DNA of 63,231 nucleotides, the filler included, from Folioceros fuciformis (Eukaryota): the NCBI GenBank assembly GCA_049999805.1. It is 7 parts of 7 records of this genome, joined end to end, with 100 filler letters (N's around TTAATTAATTAA, not from the genome) between each part and the next. Parts side by side here need not be neighbours in the genome. Positions count along the whole stretch, not along the records: positions 9,412 to 20,696 come from JBNGIO010002913.1; positions 20,797 to 38,825 come from JBNGIO010002914.1; 5 more parts are not named here. One strand, 5' to 3'. Below are positions 11,522 through 24,890 of the stretch, piece by piece; position 1 is the first letter of the stretch; every line of letters begins with the position of its first letter. Below the pieces are notes generated by a model. It saw only the letters and a list, made by a program, of their open reading frames with translations. It ran no database searches and was not told the origin of the DNA. A program made the translations under genes and the position numbers.

Positions 11522-12058
11522 GGCTCAGCAGCAGCTTCTCCTTGACGCTGGGATTCTCATGCAGCAGCTTTACAAGTCAGATGAGTGTGATGCTGGTGGT
11601 CTAAAAGCCAGCAACGACAATGGTGAGCACATTGTCCCTCAGCTGCTCGTCGTCCAGCGCAGGCTTATCGCTGGACGAATATTCTTCATCGGGGTCGACT
11701 GCCTTCTTCTCTTCGTTCAACAGCCCGTTGCGAACAAATTTTCCGCTCCTTCTGAAGTAGAATTAGGTGTCGAACACTCTACCCAGCTACTTTCTTACCC
11801 TCACGCCCAGTCCACTTGCCGTGTTAGATTTACTGCGGCCCCATCGCAAGCCTTGGGAAAAATCGGACACCTGTACCTCTATCAAATCGGGCCTAGGATG
11901 AATTCGCACCTGCGTAGCTTTGAGAAAATCGATCCACGAAAATTGATGGGCACCGTGAGAAAGCTGGTACTCACTGTTTTTGTGCGCTCCAAGCCCCTGT
12001 CACGCGCTAGACCAGGACCCCAGCTCATCATCGGTCCCACAATCACATGGTAAGCGAG
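11522..12058 (-). pseudogene. Cytochrome P450 (CYP85 clan, CYP722-like) two-exon remnant
   Basis: Exon about 12058-11912 reads LAYHVIVGPMMS..VSTSFLTVPINFRGSIFSK with AG/GT edges; next exon reads RRSGK..LDDEQLRDNVLTIVVAGF*TTSITLI*LVKLLHENPSVKEKL (I-helix with stops). Confidence 0.8.
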
Positions 12059-15000
12059 CTGCGCACCAGCGTCTCACCAAATACTCAACGAAGAGGCAGC
12101 CAGGTTCCGCCATGCAAGGCGACAAGGGAGAGGTTAGCCAGCAGCACGATTTCCAAAGCACACCTGTGAACGGCAAGGGGCTCGGGCCCGCACGGGATAT
12201 ATGTGACGGGGCCACCCATGCCTACTCGTCAGTACTAGGTAGCAGCAAGCATTACAAGAACAAAAAGATAGTCAGGATTGCAAGGGCAAAGCCGTGCACG
12301 CCTTTGCCCTCAAATCCCGAGCTGAGCTGGTGAGCTCCTTGTTACAGATCACGTAAAGTTAGTACTACTTCACAGACATGGGCCCCTGGGCCTACGATGT
12401 GGGGCATGCTTTAGAGTCCCCCGCCCAGGGCGTGTATTGCGTTGCGTGATGGAGACTGTCTACTTGTCCACAGTCGGGAGACACGTTGTTGTCCCCGTTG
12501 AGCGTCGGGTACTCAAGTATGTATACCTTTGTATGCAAAACGTGAGGTAGCCCTTCTTTAATGTGACATGATGAAGGGTACTTCCTGAGCGAGTCTCTAC
12601 TCCTACCCTTTTTCCTCAGGCGCGCGTGGCCGTGATTTTCATTTCTTAATCTGAAGCCGGTCATTGGAGCAACGTCGCCTCACATCGTTGCAAGATACGC
12701 AACATTTACTCTCTCACATCAGTCAGCTTCAAGACCAACCTTTTCGCCTTCCATGACGTTGTCTGGCGTCTGCGTCTCAATCTCCGAAGCTATGAATGCT
12801 CAATCTTGTAAACTCCTACGTGGCATGCCATGCCCCGCCCATCCAAAGAAAACCATACCCCTTAGTATAGCCAGCACATACGTTTCGCCAGGACGCATTA
12901 TGCTATGGGCGTAAGCGCCGCAGGCAATAGGACCGGGCGGGCTTAGACCTCGGCAAATACTCTTTAGTTAGAGGTTTAAAACTTTTTTTATTTCTCAAGA
13001 TATTTTATACTTCAGTTGACTGTCAAATAGACCCTTATATTTTAAAATTGGAGGCCTAAATTAATTTTACGTTTAAAAATATTATTTTCTAAAACCCAAA
13101 AAAAAACTACTCAAAAATATGAAAGGGGAAGATTTTAACAACCGGAACATCAAAATAGTTTGCAAGCTTCGTGAAAGACACCTTGCAAACACCTAAGCTT
13201 TAAGTCTTTAAAGCTCACTACTTCTCGTTTGAATCTGGCCAAAAGTTATCAAATATTATCATATTTGAAAATAAAAACTTATGTCATTTGATCTATGATG
13301 CATATTAATATTCTTAAGTTTTTAATATAAATTATAATAAATATTGAACATATATACTTTTAGTGTAAGGAGGTAAAAAGTTATTTTTCTCTTTACCAAA
13401 AATCCAAAACCTATTTTTCTCAAAAACTAGATTTCCTTGTACCTCATTTTTTAGTTTAGTTAGATGTTCGAAGCCAATTTCTTTGAGAAATGCTCTTTTT
13501 CTCCCAAGGTTTGGAGGCCAAGTTGAATAAAGCGTACACGATCCCTCCCATGGCCAGTACTGTTTCATCCAATGGAATACAAAAGTGTTTGCACAATGAC
13601 CAAGACAACCCACATACAGGGCATTGATTCATTTGTTAATATTGCAAATAATTAGAATGTTAATGAAATACCTACCGAACAGGTACTTCAAATTCAACAC
13701 TTGTGTCTTTGTGTTCTAGCATAAAATTAGAAACACAAACCACAACATAATGACTTTTTTTTTTCAATCCAAATATACTTCACTAGCTACTCCTTATTTT
13801 TGCAATTATGGTAAATTAAATGTGGTGCCAATGCCACGTGGAAAACCTTTCTCTTATATAACATAACCAACCTCATGCCGTCATTTTGTAGGAGGTCATT
13901 GCACCCATACATTAAATAGGGCAAGTATAACTTCTATCACTCTGTTGGTAAATAGGAAAGGATTTTGTGCCCTACTAGAAAGAGGTGGGGGAGATGAGGA
14001 AGGAGTTTGCTATTCCAATTCATCATATTAGATTAATTTTAACTTGGTTGCAGGAGGGTCTAAACGTAGTAGCGAAACAAGCCTTGCTATAGAGGGTGGG
14101 GGTCGCTCACAAGTCATAAGGTGCTTATGCCATGGATTGTTAGGCACATGACACGGACTTAGAAGAGTAAGAGATGTCAAAGAGCTTTAAATGAGGCATT
14201 TAATGTTCCCTCTTCAACAAGTGCTGGAGTATATTGGTCATTCAAGGTTGTATTACCAAGTGCACTCCTAGAGAAACAAAGTAGAGGAGAAGAGAAGGTG
14301 TGCCAGAAGATGGTGTGCCCCATAACGATAACGGTACTAACAAGATCCATGCTCTCAGGACGGTGACTCACTCATGAGGAACAAAGTAATTATCAAGAAG
14401 GTCCTTTAAAGCAATCTTCCACCAAAATGCTAGTTTCCCATGGTGGAAAACCGGGAATTAGCTCGAAGACCTGATCTCCTTAGGAGGCCTTGGCACTAAA
14501 ATAGCCGGCAAGGTTGTTCTCAGTCCTTCTTTAACTTTCAAACAACAGATATTTACCATTGGCTGGTTCGCATGTGGAAACATAAAGAGCATAAGCCTTG
14601 GGCACCTAGGATGGGAATTTTCTTTCGACGTGAAAAGGCAGGTATATACCTCCTTTGGTCAGCCATAAGAATTCCACCTAAGGTTAGCCTAAGTTTTAAG
14701 TGCCTCTTTCAAGTATCCTTATAGAATGCGAACTAGTGAGAAGGATTGCTAGTAGCGGTAAGGGAGAAAATATGTAGGTTCGGCACTAGAGGGTCCCTCC
14801 ACAAACGCTAACATACGTTTTTACACTACAAGTTTGCCTAAGGGGATTGGAGGGAGGTCGAGTGCTGGCTGCAAAGGCTCTTTTGTATGGCAAACCTAAA
14901 CCCTACTAATGGGTTGCTATCGCTAAGCAAATTGCACTTTTTGGTCTTGACAAGGTATCAAGTGAACCACTTATCCAAACTTTTAGTCAACGGTGGGGAT

Positions 15001-15606
15001 TGGTGTGGAGTTCTTATGGGTGGCTCTTCTATATGTGGCTCAACTGGACTACGATTGTATATGGGGGGGACACCAAATATTGCTTGCATCATGCCCATGC
15101 TAGCTCCATTGCCATTGGCATTAAACCCTACAAAGCGTTAAATCTAACTCCCAATCTAGGGTTGTTTGTGAACACCTAAAATTGTTGTTGAAGATTAAAT
15201 GCCCCTTAGGGACCGGAAACAATGATACAAAGCCTCTTGATTGGAGGTACAAAATAGTTGCCTAAATTCGTCATTAGTAATCATAGAGAAAGAATTAAAA
15301 AAGAAAGGCACATAACGATATAGTAGACAAATAGCAAGAGACACAAGTAGAGAAGGAAAGTTAAGCGACCTCATTTTCATAAGAGGATTCAAAAAAGAAG
15401 ATTCTGAGGATGAGTCGTGAATAGTAGCCAGAACAATCTAATGGGTAAGGTTGTTCAAAAAATATTGTCTCTCAAATCTATAAAGCATGGCTGCTAGAAG
15501 ATTGTGTACCCAATGGGTGAGCAACCATGGAATTGTAGTGAAGAGATTGGAGGAGGGACTCATGGGTTTGCAAATCTATGCACTTCTTCACAAATTGGTA
15601 CACGAT

Positions 15607-18600
15607 TGTCTTAGGATAAGTAATCGTTAATTATTTATATGCTAAGTACATAGCATTTCATATTAACTTACACTTATAGAGTGAAGGGGCACCAAGCCCA
15701 ATTGATATATAATATACATTTTTGTCACATACATTAATTGAGTATTAGTCCACTTGCTGTGCTGCTAGGACTACATCACTACCGCCCTCACAACACAAAT
15801 GAAGACTCTTTTCATGGTATTAGAGCCCAATTGGGTTCTGATCTAACTACATCACAATGCGTTTCTTTGTTGTAGACTTGCAGATGCTAGTGGCGAAACC
15901 TTCAACTGGGCTCAAGACCTAGTAGTCATCATTCTTGATGGCTTCTTGTTTTTGTGGCTGGATGAAACGCCGCGTGTGTCATCGGCAGGCAACGGTTGGC
16001 AGCTCTCGGTTTTATAGAAGAAATCTGGAGAATCTTGGCACGGGCTGCCACTGCCTAAAAAATTATACAGATCTTAGAAATTTGTAGATCGCAAGCACCT
16101 GATTTGCGATCCTAGGTCCAGCGCGAGAATCCCCCTCAGTTGACGGCTCAGGTTTTGTATATCTGTCGCAAGATTTTGTATTTGCATGCTCACTTGCTTT
16201 ATTTCTTCCTTCTATCTGCTAAGGCAGGAAGGCAATTGCCGCTCATTTGCCGAACGATTGTGCTCAAGAAGATCTGTAGGCAAGGAATAAAAAATCTGCT
16301 CAGATAGAAAACAGCGTTCACAACGTTCTACTGGTCTGGTAGGGTTCAATCTCCTTGATGATGAAGAAAGCTCGTGCTGGCAAGTGCTAATTAAATTTTG
16401 ACTTTTTGTTGGTGCAGAGTTTCGGCCGACTGCAACAGATGTCTTGGTGGGCTGAAAAGAGTCAATGGCTTTTCTGTAGGCTTTGTTTCTGACGTGAGCC
16501 TGCCAGCATGCTCTGCGCCTCGGCATTTTCAAGAAAGTAACCCTTTAGTAGCCAATTCAATCGCAGCGGAGATTGATGCAATTTCTTTGTTGATTGCACA
16601 GACGATTCGCGACAGTCAGCTTCTGAAAAAGGTGGCGCCCTCTGGATATACAGATCTGTATCGGTGTGAAGGGGTTTGCGATTTTAGCTATAAATCGTCA
16701 TGTATGACGGCTCCTGCAAGTTCTACCCTGTAGTGTTTAATAAACACGGAACCCCTAGCGGTGAATAGGTCGGAAGGAGGAGCGGTTACTTACCCTGTCA
16801 CGAGCCGGCTAACTTTCCAACCAATAGTGGTGTTTGGAGAACGAAGGTTCCCCTTGCCTACTCAGAAAACGAGATAAGGAGTGACGGCCATCCTCAGCGA
16901 TGAGCACCACACCTTCTACATCCTCACCACCACCGCCTCCTCCCGACAAACCTGGCACCCAGAGACAGCGAACTCCTCCGCCACTTGTTTTCCCACCAAT
17001 TGCTTTCATGCAACCTGCATACACAGCCGATTTCAAGGAAAAGGATCGCTTTAATGGAACTAAATATGAGGTTTGGAGTGTTAGGATGTGTTCCGCTCTG
17101 GAGGAGAGGAATGTCTGGAATGTGGTATCCGGAGCTCTGCCTCCACCAGGCCTAATGGTGACTGATGCAGAAAAGGAACGATGGGGCAACGCAAACAATG
17201 TTGCCCGTGCCTTCTTGATCAGTGGTCTCCATGAAGTACTGGTTCTAGATGTTGCTTATATGATCAAGGCATTTGAGATATGGAATCAGCTCTCACAAAC
17301 AATGAGGTGAAGAACATTCTTCCCCTATTCGCGGAGATCTGTTCTCCTTGAGAATGAGGGAAGGCGAGAAGGCTGCAACCTTTGTTGGCAGGTTCCGTCA
17401 TCTTCGTTCTCAGCTGATTTCACTCGGTTCCACCATGAGTGAACTTGATGTTGTTGCTCAACTCTTAACTAGCTTGCCTGCGAGTTATCAGCCTTTCATT
17501 TCTAGCTATGGAGCTTCTCTCCATGATGTAGGAGCGGCTATAGCTGCAGAGCGACCAAGCACCATCAGTTTTACAAACGTAGTTGGCGCATTATTTCAAG
17601 AAGAGCAAAGCAGGGCTACTCATCACGGCCCGGGACGCACAAAGACAGACAAAGTTTTGTATGCATCAAAAGGGAAACCATAGAAAAATAAAAACCTTCC
17701 TGGCTTTGGATCTGCAAAAACAGGACAACCCAAGAGATCAGGTTCTTGCAACCGGTGTGGTGCTTAGGGTCACTAGGAAAGGGAATGCAAAAAGAAGAAA
17801 TCTGGTGAACCACGGAAAGCCGAGAAGCTCTTCAAGCAGGCTGTGAGGCACACCTTGTCACCAAGGATCGGCATACTTCGGCCAGCACTTCTAAGCACCC
17901 TGTGGTTATGACTATTTGTCTTTCCACTTCCACGAGTGACTCTGACAGCTGGTACCTCAATTTAAGAGCTACCTCACACATATGCAAGGACAAGGCTTTG
18001 ATGAGGCTTCACATCAGCTAGTGCAGCCAAGAGAGTGTTGTTAGGTGATGAGCTTACTCATACTGGCCTCATGATTCTTGGAACTGGCACCTGTTCGTTT
18101 CAACTTGCCGATAACAGTGTGCTCTCCCTCAACCATGTATTGTATGTACCTACAATGGCCAAGCATTTAATATCAGTAAGTCAGCTGATGCGTTTATGCC
18201 GTTTCGATCTATTGTTCACTTCCAATGGCTGTGCTCTCACCATTAAGGGCTCACCTACCAACGTAGTGGCAAAGGGGGTGCGCTTTAATGACTTGTACAA
18301 ACTCCATGTGGTTTGTTGCCGTCCACCTAGTTTGCACCTGGCAGAGGAATCCCAAGCTGTTCAAGCACAGCTGTGGCACGCCAGGCTTGGCCATGTCAAC
18401 CAACAGAAGCTGGTAAAGATGTCTTCTATGGACTGCTACCGTGAACCCTTGCTCAAATGCTTCAAGAACTCCCCATGTGCGCTGCATGTGTGGTTGCTAA
18501 GCAGAAGGAGTTGCCCTTCCCGACTGCTCCTGCTTATCGCACTATGAATGTTCTGGACCTGGTGCATGCCGACATTTCGGGCAAAATACATGTTTCCTCT

Positions 18601-20633
18601 CTGGGAGGAGCTTCTTATTACCTTACGCTTATCGATGACTATAGTCACTATTCCTGGACTTACACTATGAAGACAAAGTCTGATACTTTCCCTATATTCC
18701 AGGAATGGGTGCTATGATTCATCGGCAAATTGGTCGACTCTTGCGCTGCTTGCAATCCGACAATGGCACCGAGTTTGTCCATGCCTTTTTGAACAGTTCC
18801 TTACAACACAAGGGGTAATCAGACAGCTCATTGTTCCGTATACCCAGCAGCAAAACGGGGTAGCAGAACGACGTAATCAGACTCTCCTGGGCATGACCCG
18901 TAGCATGCTAGCTTGGTTAGGGTTGAGTAAATCTTACTGGGCGGAGGCCGTTGTCACTGCTACGTATATCCTTAATCGGCTGATTACCTCTGCAATAGTT
19001 GGCAAGACTCCGTATGAGTTCATTTGGGGACGCAAGCCGAGTATTCTGCATCTTCATGTTTTTGGTTCCCCTGCTTACGCCTATGTCCCTTCCGAGCTAC
19101 GCAAGAAGCTGCATGATCGAGCTAAACCTCTGGTTTTTGTTGGTTATGGCGAGGAAGCTAAAGCTTATAAGCTCTATGATCCTCCTTCTCACAGATCCAT
19201 CCTTGCTCGAAGTGTCACGTTCAAGGAACTGTGGCAGCCAGCTAAGCCTCATTTTTTGGATGCTGCTCCCTCCTCTTCGACTGACCCTCTTAGCTTCTAT
19301 GCCCTTGCAGAGCTTCCAGACGCCCTGGACTCGTATGTTCTCTCAGCTTATCCTCAGGATTCACCAGTTGCAGCTTTAGGGGGTGACCTTGATGAAACTG
19401 CCTCTGTCAAAGTTGCTGAAGTTGATTCTGTAGAAACGGCCCCCATCGAAGTGACTGAGGATGAAGTCACTGTTCGATGACAAGGCTGTTCAGTCTGCTG
19501 CTGAGGCACTTGAAGCAGTCCCTCCAGCATTAGTATCTGCTGAGCCTGAACGACGTTATCCGTCTAGACATAGACCTCCTAGGGATCAATGGCATGAAGT
19601 ACCTTATGTAGCATCTGAATGGCGAGCTCCACGAGTTTCTTCAGTCCGTCGACACTCTGTCGATTTTGGTATAGGCTATCCTCCAGAGCCTCGTACATAC
19701 TAAGAGGCGATTACAGGCAAAGACAAGGATCGGTGGATTCCTTCTATCAAAGATGAATATGACTCACTAATAAAAAATGAGACATGGGAGCTTAGTCCCT
19801 TACCCGCTGATAGGAAAGCCGTGAGCTGCAAGTGGGTGTTTAAGCACAAGCTTAATGCACAAGGCCAAATAGCTAGATTTAAATCTAGACTTGTGGCTCG
19901 TGGCTTTTCTTAGGTTGCGGGTGTCGATTATACAGAAACCTTTGGCTCTGTGGTTAAAAATCAGTCTATTAGGCTCATATTGGGACTTGCATTTGCTCGA
20001 GATTGGGACTTAGAGCAGATGGATGTATCTACAGCATTCTTGTACGGGGAGCTTGAAGAAGAAATATTTATGGAATATTTATGAAGGTTTTATTGACCCT
20101 GAACATCCCACATGGGCATGTAAGCTCACGTGGGCATGAAGAAGACTATCTACGGCCTAAAGCAGAGTGCACGTGAGTGGTACAAAACCATTCATGCCTA
20201 CCTAAAGTCTATCGGTTTTCTCCAGGATCCTGCAGATGCCAACATTTATGTTTATTTCAAGGATGGGAAAATGGTGTTGTTAGCTCTCTACGTTGATGAC
20301 GCAATTTTAGCATCAGACAATCGTGAGCTGTTAACATGGGTTAAGGAAATGCTCCACAGACAATATGATATGAAGGATATAGGAATACCTACTTTTGTGC
20401 TGGGAGTCCAGTTGTTGAGAGACAGACAAAACAAGATCCTGGTCCTGCATCAAACAAAGTATGTGAATGAAACCCTCCGACATTTTAATCTCGATAGTGC
20501 ACGACCTGTAAACACGCTTGGCATTGTTGGTTTCAAACTTACCTCTGAGCAATCACCCAAGGACAATGACGAGATTGAAGCTATGTCCTCTGTCCCCTAT
20601 CGCCACGCAGTAGGGTGTCTGAACTATATTGCT
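15607..20633 (+). mobile_element. Ty1/Copia element: 5' LTR 15607-15814, PBS, about 1-kb leader, gag (16900), protease, integrase and RT; decayed, broken at about 20633
   Basis: TG..CA LTR followed by TGGTATTAGAGCC; LWHARLGH; VHADI; QQNGVAERRN; KSRLVARGF; IYGLKQSAREW; LYVDD. Confidence 0.93.
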
Positions 20634-20796
20634 TGAGAAATGGTTTGTTGGAGGGTGGGAGGGATATCAAGAGAACAAGGAATGCAACAAGTTCGGNNNN
20701 NNNNNNNNNNNNNNNNNNNNNNNNNNNNNNNNNNNNNNNNTTAATTAATTAANNNNNNNNNNNNNNNNNNNNNNNNNNNNNNNNNNNNNNNNNNNN

Positions 20797-20997
20797 GGCT
20801 TCGATTCATGTTCTGCCACAAGCGTTGTAGTCCAATGTTGGGCCCTCTGAAGTCTACCCGGCAGCATCAGCATCGGCAGGAGCAGCATCAGCAAGGGCTA
20901 TGCCCAGGATTTCTGCATTCCCTCAGGTTGAGGGTAGGGCCATCCATGCTGGTCGCTGGCCCATCTGTCTCCAGCCTGGAACCATATCGGTTGCTTG
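20797..20997 (+). repeat. GC-rich segment duplicated at about 24611-24912
   Basis: ggcttcgattcatgttctgccacaagcgttgtagtccaatgttgggc... is shared, roughly 90% identical by eye. Confidence 0.88.
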
Positions 20998-22740
20998 GAT
21001 AAGTGATCCCTATGGATTTCTAACACTCCCACTCAACACAACGACAATCTAACCTATAAGACTTACTCAATTAACCTTAACATCTTGCTAAACTTCATAT
21101 GCTTCTCTAAGGCTAGACCTTTGGTAAGAACATCAGCCAACATGTTCTATGTAGGACAGTAAGCTGATTCCATTTCTTTAGATTGGACTTTCTCCCTAAT
21201 GAAATGATGCTTAACTTCAATATGTTTTGTCCTTGCATGAAAGATAGCATTCTTGGCCTAATGAATGCAGCCTTGATTGTCATTGAAGATGAGGGTCGCA
21301 CCCTTCTGCTTGAATCCCATCTTTTCGAGCAATCTACGAAGCTATATGGTTTCCACTGTTGCAGCTGAGGTTGCCATGTACTCTGCTTCTATAGAGGATA
21401 GTGCTACTGTGGGTTGACGTCTATTACTCCACGAGATAGCTCCCCCGAATAGCATGAAGGCATATCCAGTGGTAGACTTGCGGGTATCAACGTCTCCTGC
21501 CCAATCTGAATCATAAAATCTGACAACCTGGGCTTCTTCTTTTTGGTTTTGGTAAGTCAATTTCCAGTGCTTTGTACCCTGTAAATACCTGAAAATTCTC
21601 TTGACTGCTTGATAATGTTGTTGTTGAGGATTGACCAAGAATTGGCTCACAACCCCCAGTGCCTCTACAATGTCTGGCCTTGTGCTTGTTGCCAAATAGG
21701 TGGGACAGCTAACAGCACGCTGTTAAAGATTTTTGTATACTTTTTCTGTCACGTTTTCGTTTATAGGATTTGCTTCCTTTGACAGTTTCTCCTTGAGGAT
21801 CATTGTAGTTGATCTTCTTAAGATTGGTTGCGTCTCTGGAATACTTAGTTTTGCATTGTTATCTGCAGCTGCAACAGTTCCTAGAGATGCATCCGCTTCT
21901 TCAATTGCAATGATGATAGGAGTGTCTCTCTTTCCCCCTCTATGTCAGAAAGTTGAGAAGGTGCAATAGGCAATGAGGTAAATTGTCCAAGGCTGTCATA
22001 AGCTTTAGAATCCCCGATGTGGTCAGTGCTATACGACAGGGAATCCTGCGAGATGAAGCGTGAGAAAGTGGTGTCTCCCATTCCACTAGTAGGTTGGGCG
22101 ACCTCATGAAAAACAACATCCCGGCTAAAAAGTATCTTCTTTGTGGTAGGATTGTATAATCGGTAACCTTTAACCTCATTCGAATAACCAAACATAAGGC
22201 ATTTGATGCCATGTGGATCCCACTTGGTCCGGTTGGCCTTCGGGACATGAGCATAAACCGTGGATCCAAAGATCCGTAGATGACTGATGTCGGGTTTTAT
22301 GCCAGACCATGCTTCCTCGGGAGTCATGTTGGGTACAACCTTTGTTGGAACTCTATTTAACATATAGGTTGATGTCATAATAGCCTCTCTCCAAAAACAG
22401 AGTGGCAAGACATTTTGATGGAGCATGCACTTAGCGCTTTCAACAAGGCTTCATATCTTGCGCTTTGCCACTCCATTTTGTTGAGGCATGTGCGGAATTG
22501 TGAGTTTCCGTTTGATGCCGTTCTCCTTGCAAAAACTCTGGAACGAAAAAGAGACATATTCCTCCCCATTGTCTGCAAGCGCTCATCACGTTCATTCTCA
22601 ACCAAAGCTTTCCACTCCTTCAATGTTTGGAACACATGAGATTTCTCCTTCAAGAGGTAAGTCCATACCTTCCGTGTGAAATCGTTGACAAAGATGAGAA
22701 TATAGCGGGCGCTACCCTAAGTAGGGTTTTTCGTTGGCCT

Positions 22741-22910
22741 GCACACATCAGTATGCACTAGCTCTAGTGCCTTGCGTGCTCGATGCATGGTAATTTTAGG
22801 AAACTTGGTGCGATGTAGCTTCCCCGCACACATCAGTATGCACTAGCTCTAGTGCCTTGCGTGCTCGATGCATGGTAATTTTAGGAAACTTGGTGCGATG
22901 TAGCTTCCCC
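22741..22910. repeat. Perfect 85-bp tandem duplication inside the Copia integrase
   Basis: gcacacatcag...gcttcccc at 22741-22825 and 22826-22910. Confidence 0.93.
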
Positions 22911-23948
22911 ATCGTACATCCTTGACATAATTGTGTCTCATTGATCTCCTTCAAATCCAATCCTGTTACCATATGGTGGGTTTTCATCAACTTGAGCCTG
23001 TCAACTCCGATATGCCCCAAACATTGATGCCATAAATCAACAGATACAATACAATCTTGTGAACTAGTTATAGATGTACAAGTTTGCTTTCTCATGGAAG
23101 CACATAATTTGTACGGTTTCCCACATGAACACCACGAGCAATGACTGAATTGTGTGGCGACTCAAGTTGGACAAGTTGAATGCGACAACCTTGAGAATTG
23201 AAGATGACCTCGTGACATGTATTTGCAATCTTAGCGATAGAAAGAAGATTTCTTGGGAGATTAGGCACATGATACACATCTTGAATCCATGCAAAGGTTC
23301 TACTTTGCAATTGGACTTGTAAAGAACCTTTTCCTTGATGTCTTGTGACGTATTATCACCCAATGCCACAGTATGACCTGTCGGGAGGTGTGCATAGATG
23401 GTAACCAAAGAAGGTTATAGCTGAAATGTTGAGTTGCGTCAAAGTCAAGATAAAGACTCTTATCCGTCTTTGATGAGTTGGCATGATCCCCATTGATAAA
23501 GCACATAGATGTCTGTTCATGTTGGGTCTTATCACTGACTTGATTAGCTTGAGATGATTTCTCCTTCTTCAAGTCTGCCAACCTAGTTTTACATTCCTTT
23601 GCATGATGATCTGACTACTTGCAATAGTAGTAGGATCCTTTCACCTTACTTTTTGTGCTTGTATTCTTTGTCTCATCTATAGATTTGGGTTGTGTGCCCT
23701 TACGATGAGATGCACTCTTCTTGGAGAAGAATAACGAGGCTTCGCCCCCTATGCCTTGGAAGCATTATGGAGTTCCTCCTGCAAAAGGAATGCAACCACC
23801 TCGTTGAATGTTGGTTGATAATGCTTTGAGTTCACAGCTATAGATGACCTGTAGAATACTAGAAAGTGTTTGTATGATTGTGGCAGGCTATACAATAGCG
23901 TTGTGATCATCTTGCCTTCTGAGGGTTCAATGTTTGCCTCTCTCAGTT

Positions 23949-24048
23949 CGTTTACTAAGCTTTCTAGCTTGTATAGACGCATAGTATCCATACTTGCGTT
24001 TACTAAGCTTTCTAGCTTGTATAGACGCATAGTATCCATACTTGCGTT
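23949..24048. repeat. 48-bp perfect tandem duplication in Copia gag
   Basis: cgtttactaagctttctagcttgtatagacgcatagtatccatacttg twice (MDTMRLYKLESLVN twice). Confidence 0.9.
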
Positions 24049-24685
24049 ATAAGCGAATAAACAGGATGACTTCCTCGCACTAATAGATGACTTCCTCGCA
24101 CCAATAACTATCGCTAAGCGTCACGAACTTGCACAAGCTGTTACAAACACCTAGTCTACGTAGCTACATAATGCAAGAGAAGCAAGGAAAGATGGTTCTA
24201 CACAAGGTAGTGCTTAGTACTCTACGCATCTCCCGAACTTAGGTACTTGGGCTTTGATACTATGTTAAAAACAGTGAGTCCCAAGATTAATCTCTGTTCA
24301 ATACATTTAGATTGATAACCTATACATACATATATAGCCTTAAACGTGACAATACCTCGATGTGGATAAACAATATCTCGACCTTGGTATTATCCTATAT
24401 ATCTTGGGATATACTTACAGCATTCTAGTCTAGATGTGTTGTTACAAAACCCTATGGATTTCTAACAAAACAAGCGTGGACTAACGTTGACCCTCTGTAC
24501 TGGCCTCGAGAGTCGACAATGGCCTCGTGGACACGGATTTCAAGCCCTCAACGGTGATGCAGCTCATATCGTGCTCGATAGTGTCACTCACGATTCAAGC
24601 TGGCCAGCCTGGGCTTCGATTCATGTTCTGCCACAAGCGTTGTAGTCCAATGTTGGGCTGTCCGAAGTCTACCCAGCAGCATCAG

Positions 24686-24890
24686 CATCAGCAGGAGCAG
24701 CATCGGCAAGGGCAGTGCCCAGGATTTCTGCACTCCCTCAGGTTGAGGGTAGGGCCATCCATGTCGGTCGCTGGCCCATCTGTCTCCATCAGCAGGAGCA
24801 GCATCGGCAAGGGCAGTGCCCAGGATTTTTGTACTCCCTCAGGTTGAGGGTAGGGCCATCCATGCCGGTCGCTGGCCCATCTGTCTCCAG
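24686..24890. repeat. 101-bp tandem duplication upstream of RGS1
   Basis: catcagcaggagcagcatcggcaagggcagtgcccagg... at 24686 and 24787. Confidence 0.9.

Larger units (their letters stand above)
21008..24467 (-). mobile_element. Internally deleted Ty1/Copia: 5' LTR 24263-24467, degenerate PBS, gag remnant, protease, integrase, RT end and RNase H, PPT, and an 18-bp 3' LTR stub
   Basis: CCCTATGGATTTCTAACA at both 21008-21025 and 24450-24467; PPT TGAGTGGGAG; DSDWAGDVDTRKSTTGY; VHTDVCG; most of the RT is missing near 21730-21880. Confidence 0.9.

Noticed and set aside
11280-12053. 257-aa plus-strand ORF
   Set aside because: It is the antisense shadow of the P450 remnant plus the tandem repeat.
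13760-15600. Possible decayed LINE ORF1 on the minus strand
   Set aside because: Too degraded for any motif I could support.
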